Source: Candidatus Komeilibacteria bacterium S5_K13 (GTDB taxonomy: Bacteria > Patescibacteriota > Patescibacteriia > UBA1558 > S5-K13). From it: a DNA stretch of 64,000 bases. Location of the stretch: the NCBI GenBank assembly GCA_019248485.1, contig JAEHGL010000001.1, positions 11,446 to 75,445 on the forward strand. The letters are read 5' to 3'. Shown here in pieces: positions 28,052 to 35,271 of the stretch. Made by a program: the position numbers and the translations under genes. How positions within the stretch are numbered: position 1 is the first letter of the stretch; each line of letters opens with the position of its first letter. Below the pieces are notes generated by a model. It did no database searches, was not told where the DNA came from, and saw only the letters and a list, made by a program, of their open reading frames with translations.

Positions 28052-28318
28052 CTAATAACCATTGTGAAAGCATTTATCAAAAATCATTTTATATGTATAT
28101 AAAGTCTGATTTTCGTCTCCAGCTTTCAACAGAAAATAAACATCACTTGCGGAGTTGTAAAAACACTCCGGAAACTCCCTAAAAAGCACATCTACCAAAT
28201 CTTCATAACATATTTGGTCAAATGAACTAATAACAGCGCATTTATGAACCAACTTTTGAAACTCTGGGTTAACATCTTGTAATTTAACCAATTCCTTGAT
28301 CTGAAATTGATTTAACAT
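28052..28318 (-). CDS. Small Cys-containing hypothetical protein, paralog A.
   Basis: Shares KCAV...EYPDCF...YFLL.G...Q.LYTY with the ORF at 28427-28711. Strong GGAGGA SD 5 nt upstream of the ATG. Confidence 0.4.
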   Translation of the reverse strand: MLNQFQIKELVKLQDVNPEFQKLVHKCAVISSFDQICYEDLVDVLFREFPECFYNSASDVYFLLKAGDENQTLYTYKMIFDKCFHNGY

Positions 28319-28426
28319 TATTATCCTCCATTTTTTAATATATCAAACGGAATATAGCAGGATTTTAAAAAAATGTCAAAAACAAAAAGGCCATTGTTTC
28401 TATGGCCTATAAATGATGTGGTTTTG

Positions 28427-28711
28427 CTATGCGGTTTTTTTGTCGCAAAGCTCTATCAATGTAAAATAGGTGTAAAGTTTTTGTGTATCTGCGCCCACTC
28501 TTAAAAGAAAATAGGCTTCTCGAAGACCCTTGCAAAAACAGTCTGGATATTCTTGTGACAGCACATAAGCAAGGTCGTGCCCGCTTATATCTTCAACACT
28601 ATCCAACACGGCACACTTGGTAACTGTCATGCCTCTGAAACAGCTATCATCAGCAATTTCCAATGTAATCTTGTCTTTGATCTTTTGATACGTAAGCATT
28701 GTATCCTCCAT
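28427..28711 (-). CDS. Small Cys-containing hypothetical protein, paralog B. The likely true start is the internal Met (MLTYQ...).
   Basis: Paralog of 28052-28318. Same conserved upstream block CTGCTATATTC-GTTT...AAAAAATGGAGGATA. Confidence 0.4.
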   Translation of the reverse strand: MEDTMLTYQKIKDKITLEIADDSCFRGMTVTKCAVLDSVEDISGHDLAYVLSQEYPDCFCKGLREAYFLLRVGADTQKLYTYFTLIELCDKKTA

Positions 28712-28773
28712 TTTTTTATTTTATTAAACAGAATATAGCAGACTTTATACTAATGGTCAAGTCCAAAAACAAA

Positions 28774-28802
28774 GGGGCCTGACCCCAAAAGGGTCAGGCC
28801 CC
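28774..28802 (-). terminator. Perfect 12-bp GC hairpin (GGGGCCTGACCC/GGGTCAGGCCCC), followed on the minus strand by a U-run. This is the orphaned rplA terminator.
   Basis: Hairpin plus TTTGTTTTTGG on the minus strand. Lies just downstream of the duplicated rplA 3'-end copy. Confidence 0.55.
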
Positions 28803-28817
28803 AAACATTTGAAATAT

Positions 28818-28850
28818 GTTATACACTAACCTTAAGTCCAGGTCCCATAA
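28818..28850 (-). repeat. Copy of the last 9 codons of rplA (would encode MGPGLKVSV-stop), with synonymous differences. Direct repeat with 29552-29583.
   Basis: ATACACTAACCTTAAGTCCAGGTCCCAT versus TTACACACTAACTTTAAGTCCAGGTCCCAT at the real rplA end. Confidence 0.75.
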
Positions 28851-28958
28851 TAAGTTATCCACAATTAACACTTGACATAATATTATATATATACTATTAT
28901 AATATATTCTCAATAGAGAATTTAGTAAATAAAATAATATTCTTTTCTGGAGGAAGAA

Positions 28959-29483
28959 ATGAAAACATTAGTTTTTATCATTGTCATTACCATTATTATG
29001 TTATCCACCGGCTGCAGTGAAAGAGAAGTCTTTTTCAACCTTTTTGGCTATATCGATGATTCATTCAATTGCTCAGGTATATTTATTAGTGCCTCAAAAG
29101 GATACTATGAAGCTTTTGGAGAAAATCCGACTTATGGTTGGGTCATAAATCATGCAGAACATGACTCATTAATCATAAAAACAGAATCATATCTATCTTT
29201 TGCTCGCAGATACAAAGAGGATTCATCAAAAGTATATTACCTTATTGTTAAAAGGGGCAAAGAAAAATGGAACGTACCAATAAATCCTGAGACAAGTCAG
29301 GTATTAGACCTAAATGCTTTTATAACAAAGAATTCAGATGTTGGGGTTACAAAACTACGTAATAGAATTAGATTTTACCTTGACAATAAGTCAAACATCC
29401 AATACATTTTGGACACAATAAATAAGTGTCCAGAAATAAAACAGACAAATATGGCAATCCCATGGAAACCTGGATTGCATTAA
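28959..29483 (+). CDS. Lipoprotein, hypothetical (174 aa).
   Basis: Signal peptide plus lipobox LSTGC. Strong SD GGAGGA. Own terminator. Confidence 0.55.
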   Translation: MKTLVFIIVITIIMLSTGCSEREVFFNLFGYIDDSFNCSGIFISASKGYYEAFGENPTYGWVINHAEHDSLIIKTESYLSFARRYKEDSSKVYYLIVKRGKEKWNVPINPETSQVLDLNAFITKNSDVGVTKLRNRIRFYLDNKSNIQYILDTINKCPEIKQTNMAIPWKPGLH

Positions 29484-29492
29484 TATCAAATT

Positions 29493-29530
29493 CAAAAAGC
29501 ACCTGCGTGTAATGCGCAGGTGCTTTTCTT
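29493..29530. terminator. Bidirectional intrinsic terminator (9-bp stem GCACCTGCG/CGCAGGTGC) serving both the lipoprotein gene (+) and rplA (-).
   Basis: AAAAAGCACCTGCGTGTAATGCGCAGGTGCTTTTCTTT. Confidence 0.8.
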
Positions 29531-29551
29531 TATAATAAGTATAAACAAATA

Positions 29552-30229
29552 TTACACACTAACTTTAAGTCCAGGTCCCATTGTTGAAGATATTGCGATA
29601 GTTCTTATATAAGTTCCTTTATATCCTGCTGGCTTTGCTTTTTTTACAGAATCAACAAATGTATTTATATTTTCTATAATTTTAGCTTCATCAAAACTAA
29701 CTTTTCCAACTGATAAATGAACATTTGCACTATCATCGTTCTTGAAGGTCTCTTTTCCTTTTTTAATTTCTTCAATCATTTTCTTTACGTCAGGAGAAAT
29801 TGTTCCACTTTTTGGATTTGGCATAAGACCTTTTTGACCAAGTATTTTTGCAATAACAGCGAGCTTTGGCATAATTTCAGGTGTTGCTACAGCTACATCA
29901 AAATCACATTTACCTGTTTTTTTGATCTCTGCCATAAACTCTTCGTCACCTATTATATCAGCTCCCGCTTCTTTTGCTTCTTTGGTATGAGTTGTAAAAG
30001 CGGCCACTCTTTTTGTCTTTCCATTTCCGTGTGGAAGAACAACTGTAGATCTTACAATTTGATCACCTTTTTTTGGATCAATTCCTAGAGCAACGTGCAC
30101 CTCTACAGAAGAATCAAATTTTACACTTGATGTTTCCTTCAAGATTTTTACAGCCTCTTCAAGAGAATAAACTTTTTTACTATCAACTTTTTCTCTTACT
30201 GCTTTCATTCTTTTTGACAATTTTGCCAT
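29552..30229 (-). CDS. rplA: 50S ribosomal protein L1.
   Basis: MAKLSKRMKAVREKVD...VALGIDPKKGDQ...GTYIRTIAISSTMGPGLKV. Confidence 0.9.
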   Translation of the reverse strand: MAKLSKRMKAVREKVDSKKVYSLEEAVKILKETSSVKFDSSVEVHVALGIDPKKGDQIVRSTVVLPHGNGKTKRVAAFTTHTKEAKEAGADIIGDEEFMAEIKKTGKCDFDVAVATPEIMPKLAVIAKILGQKGLMPNPKSGTISPDVKKMIEEIKKGKETFKNDDSANVHLSVGKVSFDEAKIIENINTFVDSVKKAKPAGYKGTYIRTIAISSTMGPGLKVSV

Positions 30230-30310
30230 ATAATTTTTTACCCCGCTCTTGCGTGGGTCCTTTCTTTTGAGGTATTAGCCCATTTTTATAAAACGGTCCC
30301 TCATTAATAT

Positions 30311-30378
30311 TTAGTGGATTAGTTGATTAGATAATTAGAAATATATATCCCTAACCCTACTAACCTTACTAATCTAAA
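30311..30378. repeat. GGTTAG/CTAACC hairpin element, copy B.
   Basis: TTAGTGGATTAGTTGATTAG...CCCTAACCCTACTAACCTTACTAATC. Confidence 0.7.
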
Positions 30379-30788
30379 CTCTCGTTGTGTTTTTCTTTTT
30401 GTATAATTCTCCAATGTATAAAATATACTGGAAAACCTACTAATATCATAGCAATGGCAGTCGCTGCCTCTCTTTGTCTATTTGATGTAACTGGATTTTG
30501 ATTTTTATTATTTTCCTGCCAATTTTTGTAATCAGCTAACCACATTGTCATACTTTCCTTATCAGCTTCTGTAAATTGATCACATGTTTTAAGTGCTTCA
30601 ATTTGATTTACAGATTTTGCTAAATATAATTCACTTGGAGCGCCGTTATAGTTCATGTCAGCTTTTGTGAAGACAAATGCTTTTAGCCCAGTATTTACAA
30701 TAGTGACCGATCCTATAATAAAAACTATAAGACCAATTGCTGTCATAAGATACAAATACACAATTCTAACCCAAGGGATTTTAGACAT
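30369..30788 (-). CDS. Hypothetical 2-TM membrane protein (139 aa), inserted between rplK and rplA.
   Basis: ORF with two hydrophobic segments. Bracketed by two copies of the GGTTAG element. Confidence 0.4.
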   Translation of the reverse strand: MSKIPWVRIVYLYLMTAIGLIVFIIGSVTIVNTGLKAFVFTKADMNYNGAPSELYLAKSVNQIEALKTCDQFTEADKESMTMWLADYKNWQENNKNQNPVTSNRQREAATAIAMILVGFPVYFIHWRIIQKEKHNESLD

Positions 30789-30796
30789 AAATTTTG

Positions 30797-30866
30797 TTGG
30801 TTAGGTGGTTAGTTGATTAGATGGTTAGCGACTTATTCTAACCTTACTAACCCTACTAATCCACTA
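30797..30866. repeat. GGTTAG/CTAACC hairpin element, copy C.
   Basis: GGTTAGGTGGTTAGTTGATTAGATGGTTAG...TTCTAACCTTACTAACCCTACTAATCC. Confidence 0.7.
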
Positions 30867-30872
30867 AAATTA

Positions 30873-31295
30873 TTACTCAACTTTTACACCCATTTGTCTT
30901 GCAGTGCCTTCTATGATTTTTGCTGCTGCTTCAACGTCATAAGCGTTTAAATCTTCCATCTTTTTGGTAGCTATTTCTCTACATTGATCTTTTGTAAGCG
31001 TTCCGACTTTTGTTGTAAGTGCATTTGAAGATCCTTTTGCAATTCCTGCGGCCTTTTTAATAAGTTCAGATGCCGGAGGAGTTTTTAAAACAAAAGAAAA
31101 TGACATGTCTTGATAAACTGTTATTACAACTGGAGTAAGTTCACCCATTTTATCTTGTGTTGCTTCATTAAATTTTGTACAAAACTCTTGAATATTTACA
31201 CCATGTTGACCAAGTGCAGGACCTACTGGTGGAGCTGGATTTGCCTTACCGCCCATAATTTGCAATTTCAGAGTTGTCTTTATTTTTTTTGCCAT
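30873..31295 (-). CDS. rplK: 50S ribosomal protein L11.
   Basis: [27 protein letters not shown]. Confidence 0.9.
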   Translation of the reverse strand: MAKKIKTTLKLQIMGGKANPAPPVGPALGQHGVNIQEFCTKFNEATQDKMGELTPVVITVYQDMSFSFVLKTPPASELIKKAAGIAKGSSNALTTKVGTLTKDQCREIATKKMEDLNAYDVEAAAKIIEGTARQMGVKVE

Positions 31296-31431
31296 ATAAT
31301 TATTAGAATTTAGTATTTAGAATTTAGTTTTTAGAGGAACTAATAAACCACACAATTATCAATATTTAAATTCATAATACTTACCTAAGAAGCCTACACC
31401 ACCAAAGCGGGAGTAGATAAGTAAAAAATTA

Positions 31432-31977
31432 TTATCCTTTTTTGATTTGTAAAAAATCTAATTCAACAGGAGTTTCTCTTCCAAACATTGAAACAAGAAC
31501 CTTGATTTTACCATGATTTTGATCAATACTTGAGACCTTGCCTTCAAAATCCTTGAAAGGGCCGTCTATTATCTTCACGGTATCACCCTTTAAAACGTCA
31601 ATCTTGTATTCTGGTTCTTCAACGCCCATTCTTTTTTGCAATGACTTAATTTCTTCCTCTGTCATAGGGGTAGGAATAGTGCCCGTTCCAATAAATCCAG
31701 TTACGTTTGGCGTATTTCTTACAACATACCAAGAATCGTCATTTACTATCATATTTACTAATACGTATCCAGGAAAAATCTTTTCTCTTACTGTCTTTCT
31801 TTTTCCATTTTTAATCTTAATTTTTGTTTCAGTTGGTATCAAAACTTCCAAAATTTTATCTTGCATATTCATTGATTCTATTCTTTGCTCTAAATTTCTC
31901 TTTACATTTTCTTCGTATCCAGAATAAGTATGCAACACATACCACTTTAAACCCAAATTTTCATTTTGCTTTGGCAT
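31432..31977 (-). CDS. nusG: Transcription antiterminator NusG.
   Basis: WYVLHTYSGYEENV NGN domain plus KOW (GDTVKIIDGPFKDFEG). Confidence 0.85.
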   Translation of the reverse strand: MPKQNENLGLKWYVLHTYSGYEENVKRNLEQRIESMNMQDKILEVLIPTETKIKIKNGKRKTVREKIFPGYVLVNMIVNDDSWYVVRNTPNVTGFIGTGTIPTPMTEEEIKSLQKRMGVEEPEYKIDVLKGDTVKIIDGPFKDFEGKVSSIDQNHGKIKVLVSMFGRETPVELDFLQIKKG

Positions 31978-31995
31978 TGTATTTTATTTATTTTT

Positions 31996-32187
31996 TTATC
32001 TATATAAAACAAATCTTTCTAAAAGTTTTGTTAACCCATAATCTATAATACCTAAGAAAATTGCAACAAAAAAACTCAAAAAAATTACTTGCGATGTTTT
32101 CTTAATTGTTTCTTTTTTTGTGGGCCAAATTACCTTCTTTAATTCAGCGATTGAGTCTATAAAATATTGCTTTATTTTATTTGTCAT
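31996..32187 (-). CDS. secE: Preprotein translocase SecE, short form. The track ORF extends to 32250, but a consensus promoter lies inside that extension.
   Basis: MTNKIKQYFIDSIAELKKVIWPTKKE plus a single TM segment. Canonical secE-nusG-rplK-rplA order. Confidence 0.65.
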   Translation of the reverse strand: MTNKIKQYFIDSIAELKKVIWPTKKETIKKTSQVIFLSFFVAIFLGIIDYGLTKLLERFVLYR

Positions 32188-32239
32188 AAAGTTATTTAAT
32201 AATAAAAACACTATAGTCCGCAAACTATAACTTATAGAT

Positions 32240-32269
32240 ATTATATACAATCATAGAAAAGTTGTCAAC
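32240..32269 (-). promoter_or_regulatory. Consensus sigma70 promoter (TTGACA -18- TATAAT) for the secE-nusG-rplK-rplA operon.
   Basis: Minus strand reads GGGTTGACAACTTTTCTATGATTGTATATAATATC. Confidence 0.6.
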
Positions 32270-32379
32270 CCAACCCGCCTCACCCATATAAAGCTAATAC
32301 AAAAAACACAATTTTCATGAAAACTGTGTTTTTTAGTATAAAAATAATGCTTAATACAACATTTATATGAATAAGACGA

Positions 32380-34656
32380 TTATAACTCTAATCTATTTAC
32401 TTCTTTCCAATTGACTTCATCATATATAATCATTGTGCTATCACTTAAAACATATAGATAATTATTTATATACAAAGCTCGATTTATAGAATTCTCCGAT
32501 ATTGCTTTTTTTAGAATTAGCTCATTATCTTCATAACCAAACACATATGACCCATTTCCACCAGGTAAGAAAAAAACTTCATTATCCTTATCAAGCAAAA
32601 ATGCGTGATGATTATTCTCTAGCTCAGTCCAATATTCATTTAACATATATGTATCAATTTCTTTAGGGTTTGTAGGATCAGAGACATCAAATATAGAAAT
32701 CTTTACATTTTGATCTTCTTTTCCTATGCCGAGGATAATATCGTCGGAAATAGGATGTAAATAAGATGAATATCCAGGAATTTTTAGCTCTCCTTTTAAA
32801 CTAATATTCTTAGGGTCTGTTAGATCAATAACATAAAAGGGGTCTACTTGCTTAAATGTAACCACGTATCCTCTATCTCCCAAAAATCTTACTGAATAAA
32901 TTTTTTCACCCCTGCCCAAATTCATTACAGAAGACATCTTGTTTAATTCAGCATCCAAAACATAAACATCGTTAGCGCTTTTTGGATTAATATTGCCAAA
33001 ATAATACCAAGAATTTTGACCTATTGTTGTAGCAACTCTTAAATTACTATTATATTCGTCCATTGAAAATTGATTTAAAAGTTTTCCTGATACAGACCCT
33101 CCTGCAATAATTTGCAAATCTTTCAAAGAAATTTTCATTATTCCAGTTTTTTCAAGAGATCTCATTTCTAATTCATAATAACTGGAAATTCTATTCGTAA
33201 GTTCACTTTCAATTCTAAGTCGTTCATCATTATCTAAGCTTGCATAATAGTTTGAAATAATTTTTGATAATTCTATTGATTTTGCTTCATAGCTTATATC
33301 ATAAGAAATCAATTTTTCAACCTTAGAAGATATTGTTTCTGGAAATAAGTCTGTAGCTCTTTTATTTAAAAAATTATAAAAAAATTTGATATTATCAATA
33401 GTATAAAAATAAGAAATATACAAAGCATCTTGAGACATATATATATTTGAAGACTCATTAGATCCGACAAAAGATGTTTTGTTTAATACATTTCCAGAAC
33501 TAATATCTATTTTTAATGCCGTAAAAATAGAATCTACTTTAAGTGGTATTTCTGGATGATAAATATCGCTACACATTACTTCAAAAGACGTAGAGTTTAT
33601 ACTGAAAGGTTTGATGGGGCAAGGATTTATATTATTTATATAATTTGACACTACAAGATAAATTTTATCTCCATACATTCTAGAATCCTTTATATAAGTA
33701 TTGTCTTCTAGCTTTATTTTCCATTTTTCTTCTGGATTCTTTGGATCACTAATGTCATATCCAAAAACTTCATTACCCGAAAAAACTACCAACACATTTT
33801 CATTTACAAACATTTCTCCAGACTTTTTTATTTTTGATAAAATTTCCACATCATCTACTGGAAGCGCATTTATGATTTTGATACTGGCATCATCTTGATA
33901 GGGTGGCATTATCATTTTATCCATCATAATCCCAGGTTCTGATCTGTATATATTGCGCTGACTTGATGATAAATAAATATTTTTTCCATCTGTTTTTATA
34001 ATATCTGGCTCATCAATATTCAACACTTGCGTATTTGTTTGTGATACTCTTGCAGCATCTAATGCAATACTTTCATTAATTACTTGATGGGTTGTCTGTG
34101 TGTCTGGAGCTTCTCCAGATATAGAGCCCTCCACCACGTCTGCTGTCAAAATTTCTTTAGAGGTTGCCCTTGAATCAATGGCGTTCAAAAATTGTCCATA
34201 TTGTCCTTGCGGTGATTTTGCTAAATAACCTTTAAATTCTTCTACAGACAAGAATTGCTTAATCTGATTTATATCAAATTCTTTGTTTGATTTAACCTCG
34301 CTATTACTACTACGATTAGCTACATCTTGCTGATTTCTTGTAACCCAAGCATATCCACCTATTACAAACAAGAGGATAATCAACCACGCAAAAATACTAT
34401 TTATTTTACGATTATTCTTTGGCTTTAAAATAGTATCAGCTTTTGGTATTTCTATAATTTCTTCTAATTTAGGAGCTGTAATAATTGGATCACCTTGAGC
34501 TGGGATAGGAACAACCTTTTTTATTTTTCTGTTTAATTTTTGTTTTGTAGGAATAGATTGTTTTGTAACTATTTTTTTTACTACCTTTTTTTGAATTGGT
34601 TTTTTTATTTTAATCTCTTTCTCTATCGGTTTTTGTATTATTTTTTTTGTTGGCAT
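32380..34656 (-). CDS. Secreted or membrane-anchored protein with a Lys-rich N-terminus, one TM segment and a C-terminal beta-propeller domain (COG4880-like).
   Basis: KKxIxKP repeats, a TM segment at ~95-115, and a long beta-rich C-terminal region ending in VDPFYVIDLTDPKN-type blades. Confidence 0.5.
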   Translation of the reverse strand: MPTKKIIQKPIEKEIKIKKPIQKKVVKKIVTKQSIPTKQKLNRKIKKVVPIPAQGDPIITAPKLEEIIEIPKADTILKPKNNRKINSIFAWLIILLFVIGGYAWVTRNQQDVANRSSNSEVKSNKEFDINQIKQFLSVEEFKGYLAKSPQGQYGQFLNAIDSRATSKEILTADVVEGSISGEAPDTQTTHQVINESIALDAARVSQTNTQVLNIDEPDIIKTDGKNIYLSSSQRNIYRSEPGIMMDKMIMPPYQDDASIKIINALPVDDVEILSKIKKSGEMFVNENVLVVFSGNEVFGYDISDPKNPEEKWKIKLEDNTYIKDSRMYGDKIYLVVSNYINNINPCPIKPFSINSTSFEVMCSDIYHPEIPLKVDSIFTALKIDISSGNVLNKTSFVGSNESSNIYMSQDALYISYFYTIDNIKFFYNFLNKRATDLFPETISSKVEKLISYDISYEAKSIELSKIISNYYASLDNDERLRIESELTNRISSYYELEMRSLEKTGIMKISLKDLQIIAGGSVSGKLLNQFSMDEYNSNLRVATTIGQNSWYYFGNINPKSANDVYVLDAELNKMSSVMNLGRGEKIYSVRFLGDRGYVVTFKQVDPFYVIDLTDPKNISLKGELKIPGYSSYLHPISDDIILGIGKEDQNVKISIFDVSDPTNPKEIDTYMLNEYWTELENNHHAFLLDKDNEVFFLPGGNGSYVFGYEDNELILKKAISENSINRALYINNYLYVLSDSTMIIYDEVNWKEVNRLEL

Positions 34657-34767
34657 ATTTTTTTGTTTTATAAAATAAAAAAATTATTTTATTTTCTTTT
34701 TATATAAAAAATTATAGCACAAAAATAGCAAATTGATAATTTATTGTAACAAACTTATTAAAAATAA

Positions 34768-35265
34768 TTAAGAAAAAATATTATTAATGATTTTTCCTAT
34801 AAAATAAGAAAGTGTTATTACCAAAACTGTCATACCCAAATGTTCAAATATAGTATTTTTTATATTTACATTATTTTTCTTTGCCATAAAATAACTAAAA
34901 AATCCCAAAATAAGAACTCCGATAATAGCGCTTATTATCAAGGCATTAAATAAACTTGGTGTTAATAAAATTGGAATAACAAATATAATCGCAAACAAGA
35001 ATTTTGATAAGAATGTAAATAAAGTTGACCACCAAATCTCCTTAGTTTCTTTTCCTCCTGCAAATTCAGTAGATATATGAATTCCTAGAGCATCGGAAAG
35101 CGCATCTGCAATTGCGATTGTAATAATAGAGCCTATTACAGCTAATTTACTATTTGTGCTTGTTGCAACGCCAACCATAAGACCAAGCGTTGTAATAACA
35201 CCCGAACTAAGACCGTAACTAAAGCCAATTTTTAAAGATTTAAGCATTCTATTTTTTTGCGTCAC
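34768..35265 (-). CDS. VIT1/CCC1-family (DUF125) membrane protein, putative Fe/Mn transporter.
   Basis: GLSSGVITTLGLMVGVA and IAIADALSDALGIH motifs. Five TM helices. Confidence 0.55.
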   Translation of the reverse strand: MTQKNRMLKSLKIGFSYGLSSGVITTLGLMVGVATSTNSKLAVIGSIITIAIADALSDALGIHISTEFAGGKETKEIWWSTLFTFLSKFLFAIIFVIPILLTPSLFNALIISAIIGVLILGFFSYFMAKKNNVNIKNTIFEHLGMTVLVITLSYFIGKIINNIFS

Positions 35266-35271
35266 AATGCT

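Noticed and set aside
28818-28850. Independent small ORF encoding MGPGLKVSV.
   Set aside because: It is a 9-codon copy of the rplA terminus with no plausible RBS. It is interpreted as a duplication footprint.
32251-32380. tRNA (tRNA-Trp is common upstream of secE).
   Set aside because: No cloverleaf can be drawn. The region instead contains a consensus promoter.
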